64,000 bases of DNA from the NCBI GenBank assembly GCA_025594325.1, contig JANHCV010000011.1, positions 930,001 through 994,000 on the forward strand, written 5' to 3'. How positions within the stretch are numbered: the first letter of the stretch is position 1; every line of letters begins with the position of its first letter. Origin of the DNA: Blastocladiella emersonii ATCC 22665. Its lineage: Eukaryota; Fungi; Blastocladiomycota. Positions 17,989 to 31,631 of the stretch are shown here, piece by piece. Position numbers and translations under genes: made by a program. The notes beneath the pieces were generated by a model. That model did no database searches, had not been told where the DNA came from, and was given only the letters and a program-made list of their open reading frames with translations.

Positions 17989-19161
17989 TCAGTGCGGGTA
18001 CCCGCCGTACCGCATGTCCGAGAGCAGCGAGAAATCGGACCCGAGCGACGACACGCTCGACTCGCCCGCCTCGGACCGCGTGTCGCCGTCGGCTTCCGAG
18101 GAGAGGATCGACAGGACGTCCGAGTCCGAATCCTCGTCCACATCGTCTTCTTGGTCGTCGTCGCCGCGGTGCGAGGACGCCGAGCTCGACGATGAGGATG
18201 TCGCGGCAGCCGCGGCCATGGCGTCCACCTCGTTGTAGTCGGACCCGGCCGACGACGGCGTCGGGTACACGGGCGCGGGCGGCGCGAGGTACCGGCTCGC
18301 GCCCGCCGACGTCGCCGTGGCCGTCGCGGGCGGCACCGTCGACGAGTCGGCGACCGAGGTCACGGTGAGCGAGGTATCGGTACCCGTCGAGTACACCGAG
18401 ACGCGGCGGACACGCGGCCCTCCCGCCGCCGCCGCCATCGCATCCTCATCCTCAACCTCCACCGCCGTTGGCGGCATCGGGATCGCCGGCGCCCACCCGA
18501 ACAGCGCGCGTTCCTTTGCGGTGAGCACGGTGCTGGGCGGGACGACCGAGTCGATTTCGGACGCGGGCGACGGGTTGGGCGACTGGTGGTCGAGCAGCGC
18601 GGCAACGGCGACCTGGTTGCGCCGCAGCTCGAGCTTCTCCTTGCGCTTCAGCAGCCGGCGCAGTTTCGCGTCGGTGCGCGCCAGCTCCGTGTCGATGGTG
18701 TCTGAGTCGAGGGCGGATAGGAGGAGCGGGCTAGCGAGGGGGTGAGTGAGTGGAGTCAGGGCGCGGGAGGACGGGGAGGGGAGGGCGTACCCTTCGGCCG
18801 CCGTCGTTGGTGTTGGCGAGTCGGTAGCGGCGAGGACCTGCGAGTCGCCGGGACTCGCGCCGGCTTGGTCGGGCCCGACGGCGACAGCGCGGGCCTCGGC
18901 CGCTCTGCTCTTGACCACGTCCGTGATCTCGCTCGCGCCATCCGCCATCATCTCACTCTCTTCATCCTCTTCCTCATGCTTGCGCGCGCGATGGCGACGC
19001 CGGTCCCGCCCACCGCGCGCACGGCGCTGCTCGACAGCCGCGGCGCGCAGGTCGGCGCCGGCCGACAGCACGGCGTACAGGGCGGCGACGCTGGCGGCGA
19101 CGGCGACGCCCGTGGTCGCGAGGTCTTTGATGGAGGGCAGGCTGCCTCCGGGTGCGGCCAT
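17989..19161 (-). CDS. Hypothetical protein with N-terminal hydrophobic anchor, coiled coil and acidic tail
   Basis: 390-codon ORF with host-like codon usage. A probable in-frame 60-nt intron lies at 18731-18790 (GTACGC..CTCAC..TAG). Confidence 0.65.
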   Translation of the reverse strand: MAAPGGSLPSIKDLATTGVAVAASVAALYAVLSAGADLRAAAVEQRRARGGRDRRRHRARKHEEEDEESEMMADGASEITDVVKSRAAEARAVAVGPDQAGASPGDSQVLAATDSPTPTTAAEGYALPSPSSRALTPLTHPLASPLLLSALDSDTIDTELARTDAKLRRLLKRKEKLELRRNQVAVAALLDHQSPNPSPASEIDSVVPPSTVLTAKERALFGWAPAIPMPPTAVEVEDEDAMAAAAGGPRVRRVSVYSTGTDTSLTVTSVADSSTVPPATATATSAGASRYLAPPAPVYPTPSSAGSDYNEVDAMAAAAATSSSSSSASSHRGDDDQEDDVDEDSDSDVLSILSSEADGDTRSEAGESSVSSLGSDFSLLSDMRYGGYPH

Positions 19162-19403
19162 GATTGTTGATTACGTTGCAGGTTTGGGGGAGTGTGGGAG
19201 AGAGAGAGGGCGGAGTCGGACGATGGATGGGTCCACTTAGCCGGTCGCTCGCTCGGCCGCGCAGCTGCAGCCCGACGCGACTTGTTGACGTGGCGCCGCG
19301 CCACTCCTCCGTCGCCCTCAACTGTCCAGTAGGAGAGCACAAATACATCAAAATTCTCTAGCTTACAAGGTTCGTCGGTATCCCATCTCCATCTCCTTCC
19401 TCC

Positions 19404-22400
19404 TCAGCACTTGCCGTCGAGCATCCCGACAATCTCGGTCGTCAGGACGGGCGCCTCCTCGATGTACGACTCGTCGCCATCGACGATGCGCAGGATGAGC
19501 CGCTCGCCGACGTTGGTGGGCACCGCGAACGGCAGCCAGTACTTTTCGTCCAGCATGAAGTACGTGTACTGGCGCCCGTGCGCCGCGTCGAACGCCGACA
19601 CGGCGACCACGGGGCCCTTGATCTGGTGCATCGACACGGACACGCGGCGGTTGCGCTGCTGCTGCTGCTGCTGCGCGGGCGAGGACCGCGGGGAAGAGTA
19701 GACGGGCATCCCGTTGTCGTCGAGCGGCGGCGGGCTGAGCGGCGGGCTGGCGAGCGGGTCGTAGTACTCGGCGTACGCGGCGCCGTCGTGGTGCCCCGCG
19801 CCACCCGAGGAGGGGCCCATGTTGGCGGTGATGGACAGGTCGATCGCGAGCGAGGTGCGGCGCGCGGCGCCGAACCCCATGGGCGACTGCGGCCCGTTGA
19901 ACATGCCCTCGTCGTTCTCGACGTCGCGGACCGCGTCGACGGCCGAGTCCTGGGCGCGCTGCGCGCACCGGGCAATGTAGTCGGCGATGGCGGGCGCCAC
20001 GGGGTTCTCGTCGTCCTCGTACGTGTACTGGTCGAGGGCGCGGCGGAGCTGCGACCAGTTGAGGATGGCGAGGTGCTCCGACTCGCGCAGCGCCTCGATG
20101 AACGTGTCGAGCGACTTGAAGTGGGTCAGGATCTGCAGCAGCTGGAGCATCGAGATCACGGGCTGCAGGTGCCGCGTGAACGAGTCGCGCGAGGGCGCCG
20201 GGATCGGGTTGGACCGCACCCAGTCCTCGAGGTGGCTCAGGTTCATGCGGATCTGCATCGCCTTCCACCGGCAGCACAGCTCGGGCCGCGACAGCAGCCT
20301 GTTGAAGGTGGCCGCGCCCAGGTAGAAGAAGAGCTGCTCAATCGCCTGGTGCACCAGCGACGGGTGGATCTGGAACGTCTGCAGCACGTACAGCGTCGAC
20401 GACAGCACCGTCGTCACCGTCTTGGGCGTCCGCTTGCCGCCCACCCCGTGGCTCCCGCCCGGCACCCGCTTCTTGCCGTTGCTCGCCCCGCGCCCGCCGT
20501 GCAGCGACGACGTGGACGAGAAGTACGACGACAGCCGGTTGATGCTGCTGAGCTTGCTGCCCTCGGGCACGCCCGACCCGTTCCCGGCGGCACCGCCCGC
20601 GCCGCCCGCGGACCCGTTGGCGCCGTTGCCGTTGGCGAGGTTCGCGTTGACGTTGGGCGACGACATGACGCGGCGCAGGCCCGACGCGAGCGCCGAGGCC
20701 GCGGCCGACGCCGCCGACTGCGGCTCCTCGGGGGCGGCACCGCCGTCGAGCCCCGCGCCGGCACCGGCGCCGCCGGGGACGCCCGACACCTTGCGCTCGC
20801 GGAACTTGATGGACGAGTACCCCGGGATCGTGTCATGGTTGAGGAGCGCCTCGTCGACAATGGACGACAGCCGCTGCTGGGCGTCGCGCAAAAGGGCCAT
20901 GAAGATGTCCTGGATCAGCTCGTTGAGGCGGACCTGGTACTGCAGGGTGGCGACGACGAGGCCGCCGTCCTTCTTGAGGAAGTAGAGCAGGCGCGAGCAG
21001 TTGGCGAGCCAGTACCCGAGGAACATCATGTCGTGGCGCTTTGGCCGCAGCACCTGCTCGAGCAGGTCAAACGCGCCCGTGAACAGGCGGTCGAGCAGGT
21101 CGGGCGACCCGTAGTAGCCCGCGTACCGCGCGGCCAGGAACAGCACGTTGGCCGAGACCGGGCGGCGCGTGAACCCGGCCGGGTTGTTGTTCTGCGACCG
21201 GATCACGGCCGGGTCCGACAGCCGGCGGATCGCCACGTGCAGCAGGTGGTCGAGCGACTTCTCGGAGAAGACGAACATCTGGTCGGGCGGGCACGACTCC
21301 CACGAGAAGTCGATGAGCCCCTCCTCCTCCTCGTTCAGAAACACCTGCGGGTCGACCATGTCGGGGACCTGCAGGTCCTCGGCCGCGGTCACGTCGCGCC
21401 CGACGTGCACGAGCTGCGCGGGGACGGTCGTGCCGACGATCTTGCACATCTCGCGGTAGTCGACGCCGTACAGGGAGGGCACGTAGTACGACTCGGACGT
21501 GAGCGACGTGATCGAGGTCGCGGCACCCAGCGAGCCCTCGGACCCGGACGACCGCCGCGTGTACGTCGACCGCGTGTCCGAGAAGAAGATGGACGCGAGC
21601 TTCTCGCGCTGCGGCAGGTGCGCGCGCTCCAGGAAATCGCGCACGGTGCGCCCGCTCCGCGACTTGAGCTCCGGGTCCACGCCCTGGTCGAGCAGGAACT
21701 CGACCACCTCGTCGCGGTTGTTGTTGGTCGCCCACATGAGCGCCGTCCAGCCGTCTATTCGTGGAGGGGTGCGCGCGCGCGTGGGGCCGGGTCGTTAGTC
21801 ATGGATGGTGGATCGTGTGTGGGTCATGGGTGGCGCTCGAGGTGGTCGAGATGGGCGGCGTCGAGCGAGCGACCAAGCGAGTGAAAAAAAGTCGCCACAC
21901 TTGGTCGGTCGCCGCCGCCACCACGACCGCCTCGAGCGACTGCACGCACACGCAGACACAAAAATGCAAACGTACTGTTATCCTGGAGATTCTTGTCGGC
22001 GCCGGCCTCGACGAGGTGCTTGACGACGGCGAGGTGGCCGAAGCACGCGGCCTGCATGAGCCCCGTAGTCCCGGCCTCGTCGCGGGCGTCGACGGCCACG
22101 TCGTTGGCGCAGTGCTTGAGCAGGTAGCTGACCTTGCGCAGGTCGCCCGCGCCGCACGCGCGGTGCAGCGCCGACTGCAGCTCGGCCTTGATCTCGTCGT
22201 CGTGGTACACCGAGTCCAGCGTCTGCGTCAGCTCGAACGCAAAGTCGGCGTCCTCGGGGTGCAGCACCGTGCCGCTCGACGACACGATGGAGACCACGGA
22301 CCGCCGGCGACGCGGGAGTGCATCGGTGGCGGCGGGCTCGGCGGGGACGGGCGGCATGGGCGGCAGAGCGCCGGCCGCGAGCACCTCCTTGAGCGACGCC

Positions 22401-22552
22401 ACGTCCATGACCGACGGCACGGCGGTGGCGGGAGACGCAGATGCTGCTGCTACTGCTGCTGCTGGTGGACTGGCCGTGGTGACGGAGGGCGACGGCGGCA
22501 GCGGGACCGACGACGCCGCGGCCACGTCAGCGGGAGGTGGTGTCGATGCCAT
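19404..22552 (-). CDS. Ankyrin-repeat + Dilute (DIL) domain protein; true start may lie upstream (frame open to ~22978)
   Basis: Ankyrin motifs GTTGLMQAACFGH and, across intron 21755-21975, QDN/NGWTALMWATNN. Also FSWESCPPDQMFVF, ANVLFLAARYA and the DIL motif WKAMQIRMNLSHLEDW. Confidence 0.85.
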
Positions 22553-23926
22553 GGTGTAGTGGTAGTTGTAGTCGGCCGAAGACCGGTTCGAGGACAGGGT
22601 CGAAGAACGAGGCGAAGAGGAGGAGGAGAGAGAGAACGAGTCGGTGGCGGCGGCGGCGGTGCTCGGGGCGGGGGTTGCGTCGAGTGGCGTAGCCGTTGCA
22701 GAGTCGTCGTGGGCGGCGACCAGAAGTGGCGGACCCGGCGATGGCGCGAGCGAGGGCGACTCGGCCAGAATGTCGGCCAGGGATACGGGCTCGGTCACGG
22801 CGAGCGGAGACGTCGGGACCGTGGCGGCAGAGAGGCCCGACGTGGAGTGATGGCGCGCGCGCAGGTGCTGAGGCGGCGTGCCGTTGCTTGGACTGCTGCT
22901 GCTGGGACTGTTGGGACTGTTGGGACTGCTGGGCGAGGTCGAGGACAGGCTCGGGTGGCGGCGCGTCGAGAAGCGCACTGCCGGAGGATACAGAAAAATT
23001 CAGACCAGGAGAGGAGAGGAGAGGAGATGAGCAACGAGAGCGAGGCGCGGCGCCGGCGAAGGAGACAGCATGACCACAGCCGGCGCAGCCAGTGGTGCGA
23101 CTGGTCGGTCAGACCGCCACGCCGCCGCCACTGGGGCCCTGAACTGCTCCATCCGACCTCGACCGCGCGCGCGACAGGGACCAGCGGAGGGCGGAATCCC
23201 CCACGAGGTCCACCAGGTCGGCGGTCGTCGCGCGTGGCGGGTGGTGCGCGGACAGCTCGGGCCGAGCGACGGCGACACAATCCCTGATCCAGCGTGATGC
23301 CGGCAGTAGGCGAGGCAGGGATCAAAGAAGGCTACGCACTCTTGAGGGTCTATCGGTCCCGCTCTCTAGTCTAGTGGTCTCGCGCCGAGCCGGGTGCGTG
23401 TAGGGTATGGGCGTCGAGACGAGGCGGAGGCGGATGGGCGTCGCCCGGCGCGTTCGAGCGAGACGCGCGCACGATTCGCGTGGCCAGGTGGCGCAAGGGA
23501 TCCCGATGCAGGTGCGAACACGGCGGCGGGCCGTCGGCTTCACGCAGGGAGCCGGTTGGAGGTCGGCGGCAGGGACGGCGGAAGGTTGGCGGCGGAGATC
23601 ACCCGCGGCGGGATGGGCGAGCGGGTCGGTCAGGACGCCGAGGCGGCAAGGGGATTGCACGATGTGCGAGGTGCGGGCACAGTCCGCGTGCGTGATGGCT
23701 GCAGAGTCCACGGGGCGGCGGCGAAGGGCCCGCGGTGATGAAAAATCGAGTCGCCTCCGCCACGCCAGAGTCGGCGGTTGCCTGCAGGGCTGCGCCAGTC
23801 ATGCGCGTGTGGCGCCGGGCCCGCGTCGGAGCGCCAAGATGGCCCAAGGACCCGTGTCGGAGCGCCAAGAAGGCCGAGGCAGAGTGGGAAGCTCAAAACG
23901 GGTTTTTATGCACAGGCGGGATGGCC

Positions 23927-24830
23927 TCAGACATAGTCGAGGTCGTCGGGAATCTCAAAGCTCTTGTTGAACGTGCTCGTGTCGTAGCCAAACTTGTCGC
24001 GCACGTAGCCCTGCACCGCGTAGATGTTGTCGGTCCACCGGTTCACGGCGGCGCGGCACTCGTCGACCTGGCGCAACGTGTCCTTGAACACCTCCGGGTC
24101 GCAGTCGCGGTACGCCTCGAGCTCCTTCTCCATGGCCGCCACGTCCGCCTCGAGCTGCGCGAGCTCGGCCGTCAGCTGCACCCGCTCGTCCGTCTCCTCG
24201 CGCGACGCACGCGCCTCGGTCAGCGCCGCGTCCAGCTGCGCGTCGTGCGCCTCGAGCGCCTGCGACTGCGCGCGCAGGTCGTCGAGCATCTTGGCTTTCT
24301 ACACTCGCGTCCAGCGAGGGTGAGTCCGGGCGGACACGCGTGAGCGCCGAGGCGGTTAGCGTACCGCCTTGGCCGCGGTGGCGGGGAACGACCAGTAGTA
24401 GTTGGACGACCCGATCTTCTCGCACATGACGAGCCCGTCGTCGACGAGGTTCTGCAGCACGTCCTTGACGGCCTGCATGACTAGGAGGTCGGGCGCAAGG
24501 ACGGGTCAGGGTCCACGCGTTGGCGGTGCGTGCAGGCAGCAGCGACACGTACTGACGCCCTTGCCCTTGGCGAGCCGCTCCACGTCCTTGTGCTGGAACA
24601 CGTCCTTCTGCGCGGAGGCGGGCGTGCGCGCGCGCACTCGAGACTCAGCGACTAGTCGAGCGGTGGCGCGGCGACGGTGGAGCGTACCGTCTCGTGGAAG
24701 ATCTCGAGGATGCGCTTGCGCTTGTCTTCGTACGAAACGCCCTTGGCCTGGACGCGAGACGAGGCGGCGCGCTGGCGTCAGGGCACGCGTGTGCGGGCGA
24801 TGCATCGAATTTATTTCATGTGGTTACCAT
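23927..24830 (-). CDS. MND1: Meiotic nuclear division protein Mnd1; 5 exons, the first being only ATG
   Basis: Exons 24828-24830, 24688-24747, 24553-24607, 24365-24480 and 23927-24298 give MAKGVSYEDKRKRILEIFHETKDVFQHKDVERLA..VKDVLQNLVDDGLVMCEKIGSSNYYWSFP..DCDP..NRWTDNI..FEIPDDLDYV. Confidence 0.93.
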
Positions 24831-25262
24831 GGTGTTGAGTTCGTGGTGGTGGTGGTCGTGTCTCGGAGCGATGCGGGAGCGAGAGCCGAACACGAGCGAT
24901 CGCCGTGTCCGCGTGGGTGCGAGAGAGGAGTCACAGCGCGAAGGGCGCCACACGCGGGAGACAAAATCTCGGCGCGCCACGTGAGCCGCACGCGACTCAA
25001 CAACTCGGCGAAAACCGGTTTCGGGCGGGCACGGGGCTGCGCGCGGTCGTGCCTGCCACGCCCGTCGGATCGGGCCGGCGTGCGTGTTTTCGGGCTTTGT
25101 TTTTCGGTTTCGCTCGGGCGCGGGCGGGTTCGGCGGCCGGCGGCCGGCCGCGCGGCAGCCCGCCTGCTGCTCCCCGCCCATCACACGCCGCCCCGCCCCG
25201 CCCCGGTCGCTTCTCCTTCGCTGTTGGCCTGTTCGTCCTCGACACCCCAACCACCCGCCACC

Positions 25263-27409
<2,147 letters not shown>

Positions 27410-27767
27410 GGTGTTCCTCTACCCCTCGTCGTCGTCGTTTGTTATTGTTCCTTCCTACCTACCCCACCCCCCTACCCTCGGCCGACGCCGCCCCCCTCCG
27501 ATGTGTCTCGCGCCCTACGGCGGTCCGCCCCGAGTATAATTTCTCTTTCCATCGTTGACTACCCTCGCCTGGACCGTCGTCTTCCCTCATCTTCACAATC
27601 GGTAATGAATAGCGCGTTTTGCAATGGCGACTCTGTCCTGCGATCCGCGCGCGACGCGAGCGAGCTGCTGCCGCCGATGCTGATGTAAGCCCTCCTCACG
27701 GCGACGACGACGCCGCCTCTCGAGCCATCCTCTCGCTCAACCCGCCCGCCCATCACGACTCTGTGCA

Positions 27768-28040
27768 ATGGTGTTCCCCATCTTCGCTCGGTCCGTCCCT
27801 TACCCAGCGATGGCCATCGTCGTCAACTCACCCTCCCGCGACCGTAGCCTCCTGACCATGCAGATTGCGGCGCCGCTGCAGAAGCTCATCACGGAGCAGC
27901 TCCTGCGGTCTCCGACCTTCCACCGGTTCGTGCACTACTCGGAGAACCAGGTGGCACGCGCCGCGGACGAGGCGGCCAAGCGCGCGCGCGAGGTCGCGAA
28001 CCGCAAGCTCGAGCAGTTGCAGCGCGAGTTTCGCCGGTGA
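27768..28040 (+). CDS. Small protein, Mrx7-like (mitochondrial)
   Basis: Contains LITEQLLRSPTFHRFV, like the fungal Mrx7 motif LLxSPxFHRFV. Probable in-frame 57-nt intron 27791-27847 (GTCCGT..CTCAC..TAG). Confidence 0.55.
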   Translation: MVFPIFARSVPYPAMAIVVNSPSRDRSLLTMQIAAPLQKLITEQLLRSPTFHRFVHYSENQVARAADEAAKRAREVANRKLEQLQREFRR

Positions 28041-28121
28041 TGGACGTGGTGATATCCTGTGGAATAGAGAGGTGTATGATGAAGCGGTTGGACCTGGGTG
28101 TCGTGAGGTGAAGGCGATGGC

Positions 28122-28180
28122 CGTGGCCGTGAGCGAAGGTCGTGGCCGTGAGCGAAGGTCGTGGCCGTGAGCGAAGGTCG
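28122..28180. repeat. 19-bp tandem repeat x3 (CGTGGCCGTGAGCGAAGGT)
   Basis: Read directly; intergenic between two convergent genes. Confidence 0.85.
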
Positions 28181-28916
28181 TGTTGATGGCCCATGGCCAT
28201 GGTCGCTGTTAGGGTCGCTGTGAGAGGAGGACCAGGGCGTAAGTCGACGCGTCGTAGCGGCGTCGCATCCGCTCCGAAGCGACTCCATGTCTCGCGAGAA
28301 CGCTCAGCAGGCCGGCGAGTGGCGGTGGGATCGGGCGGCGCGCTCAGCGGGAACGACGGCGGCCGCCTTGACACGGCCTCGCATTCAGCTGCACGACTTA
28401 GCGTGGTCTTGACGCGCAGCCTTTGCGTGAGCGAAGTGGTGTTGATGGCCATGGCCACGGCCGCTGTGCAAGGAGACCCATGGCGATGGCCGATTTGTTG
28501 TCGCGTTCGCTCAATGTTGAGTTCCTGTCGAGCGGTCGCGCTTCGCTGGTGGGTGGGCCGGCGAGGGCGACAGGCTCAGGATCGGTGTGCGGCGACGGCG
28601 CGCTCAAGCGAGCGACGGCGGCCTCGTCCCTCGCCGGATTGTTGTCCCGTGGCTCGGCGACGCGACCAAACATGGGCTCGACGTGCGCGTTCCTGGACGC
28701 ACGACGTTGGCCAGCAGCATCGCGTGATGAGCGACGAGACGCGAGGGAGTTGGCCACGAGGACCGTGATGACTGACCAGCACGGCTTACGGCGACCAGCG
28801 AGACAAGCGACCAGCGAGACGAGAGAGACGAGCGAGTAGGGATGGTGAATGCAGATGTTTTTGGTATTATCAATTATCAACAGGTAGTCTAAGGGATGTG
28901 TGTGCAGCTCGCTCGC

Positions 28917-30513
28917 TCACGACTCGAGCGGTGACGGCGTGTACTTGAGCTCGCCCTTGGCGAACGGGCCCGTGAGCAGGGTCTCGTTGCCCTCGCGGCT
29001 GAGGACGATCTGGTACAGGTCGATGACGCGCGCGGCGAACCCGGCCTGGCAGTAGGCAAAGTAGTAGAGGAACTTGCGGTAGAAGTGGTCGGTGCCGATC
29101 TCGGCGCGGCGGCGCACGCCCTCGATCTCGTCGACCGACTGGTACGCCTTGTCGGACGCGGTCTCGGTGGCGCCCGTCGCGGCCGTGGTCACGACCGACG
29201 GCACGGCCGGCGCGTTGCTGACGGCGGCGCGCGCGACCGTCGGGTACGTCGCGACGAACTTGGCCTCCCACGCCTGCAGGGTGCGGGCGTAGTGCGTCGC
29301 GTAGTTCTCCATGTGCTGGACGATCAGGTGGCCGTTGGACGACTCGGTGGCGAGCGAGGTGATCTGGGTGATGGACGGCAGGAAGCCGCCGGGAAAAATG
29401 TACTTCTGGATGAAGTCGGCGCGCTTGCCGTACTGCTCGGCGCGGCGCTCGGGCATGGTGATGGCCTGCAGCACCATGATGCCGTGGTCCGGGTGCAGCA
29501 TGCGGTGGCAGATGTCAAAGTAGCTCGGCAGGTACTCCTTGCCGACGGCCTCGATCATCTCGACCGACACGAGCGCGTCAAAGTGGCCGTCGGGGAACCG
29601 CTCGGGCAGCTTGCGGTAGTCGCACAGGAGCACCTGGACGCGGCCCGCGGGGATGTACCCGGCGGCCTCGGCGCGGCGCACGCGGTCCTCGGCCAGCAGC
29701 TTCTGCTCGACCGACAGCGTGATGGTGACGACCTCGCACCCGCCGCTCTGGCGGACGGCCTCGACGGCGAGCCCGCCCCACCCGGACCCGATCTCGAGCA
29801 GCTTGGTGGTGGGCGTCAGCTTGGCCTTGGACAGGATCGTGGTGATCTTGCGCAGCTGCGCCGCCTCGAGCGTGTCGGTCGGGTCGGCCCAGTCCCACAC
29901 GGCGCACGAGTACTGCATGCGCGGGTCGAGGAAGGCGGCGAACATGTCGTTGGACAGGTCGTAGTGGGCCGAGATGTTGGACAGCGCGTTCTTGACCGAG
30001 TTGGCCAGGCGCGAGTGCATCAGGTAGTCGACCGACTCGGACACGAGGGCCAGCGGCGTCGACGTGTCCTCGAGGTACGGCTTGTTCTTGACCATGATCT
30101 GGTGGCAGGGAGGGGTACGCGTGCGTGTTAGACTAGTCCGGTGGGGCGAACGCGTCGCGACCCGCAAAACGGCGTACCAGGAGGAACGCAGCCATATCGT
30201 CGACGTCGACCTCGGCGGCCATGTAGGCCTCGGCGAAGCCCATGTCGCCGCCCGTGACGAGGCGCGACCAGAAGGCGTCGCTCTTGACGGTGAGCGTGGC
30301 GGCCGCGTCGGCGTAGACCGAGGGCTCGGTGGGCGGCACGGGCGACTTGGCGCCGTCGAAGACGAAGGTCGCGTTGCCGTCGCACTCGACCACGACCGTG
30401 ATGCGGCCGATGCGCAGGTTCTCGAGCAGGCCGAGGAACACGCGGCGGCCGATCTTGGGCAGCGGGTTGAGCGCGCTCAGCGACGACGACAGGGTGGAGA
30501 CGATGGAGACCAT
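28917..30513 (-). CDS. Cyclopropane-fatty-acyl-phospholipid synthase (CMAS) family methyltransferase, long form
   Basis: Motifs GDMGFAEAYM, NISAHYDLSNDMFAAFLDPRMQYSCA, LLEIGSGWGG, FDALVSVEMIEAVG and FIQKYIFPGG. Intron 30099-30177. Confidence 0.92.
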
Positions 30514-31631
30514 GGTGATAGTGGGTGCAAGAAGATGGGGTGGGTGTTGATGCGTTGCAAGAAGGTGAGGGCCGCTGCAATGAGCGATGGTTTACGTGTG
30601 CGTGTGCTATGCGAGGGTCCAAGGAGAGCGGGAGCGGAGGCGCGGGCACGGCGAGGGTATAAGGCCTCTGCCCGTTCTTCTCGGTCAGGCGCGTCGAGAG
30701 CGGGTGGGAACGGGGCCAGGGCCACGGTGGCCGGCCGGCGCGCGCGGCCGGTTGGTGCCTCCCTCCAGGCCGGCCCAGTCAGCGCCGCGGATCAGGATCA
30801 GTCAGGGCAGCGTGTGGCGAGCGGCGGGTGGCGCGCGCGGGCAACCCTGATTCGGGCGGCGGCCATCGTGCTTGCGTGGGCGTGGGCATCCGACATGGCA
30901 TCCGACGAAAGTCGATCGCGGGCGGGCGCGGCGCGGAGACAGCCGCACGCCGTGGCGTCCCGCCCTGCGAGACAAAAGCTCACGTCACCTGACTGACGTA
31001 AGAAATCCGGCGCGTCTCCGATCGCGAGCGCCTGCACGCGAAAACGCGCGCTTGTCTCCGCTTGCCGTCCCACGTTTGCCTCGCAGCACGCCGCCGCCGC
31101 GCTCCCACGTCCGCGTCCGCGAGGATGCGCGCGTGGACGTGGGAGCACAGAGCTCGGCGCGGAGGCCGCCCGCCGCGGGAGACACGCGCGCGGATCTCGC
31201 CGCCGTGGTGGCGGTGGCGCCGACCGGCGAGCCCGAGGCCGCGACGACGAGCTCGAGGATCGCTCGGATGAGGACGAGGGCAGGGAGGCGAGGCAGGCGT
31301 CCCTGATTCGCCGCCGATGGGCGCAGGGTCGCCGCCCTCGAAGCATGACATAAGCGTCGCAGCAAACCGCGCGACTGGGCGACTGGGCGTCCTTCGCCAC
31401 ATCTAATCACCCGGAGCCCGTTGAAATTCGGCGAGGGGACAAGCGCGAACGCGTGAGTGAAGGGGCCTCGCTTCCGATGGTCAGCGAGGCGGGACGGGAC
31501 GGGCCCCGCGAGCGCGCGGCTTCCGCGTCGGTCGGCCCCCCCGCACGGTCAAGATCCCACGCTGCCCCTCGCCCTCCTTCCTCTCTCTCCCCCCCGCTCA
31601 TAAACACATTGCAACGGGCAATATCACCACC

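Noticed and set aside
23360-23465. Pol III gene (A-box-like TAGTCTAGTGG and B-box-like GTTCGAG)
   Set aside because: No cloverleaf, no acceptor stem, no SRP/RNase P motifs and no oligo-T terminator.
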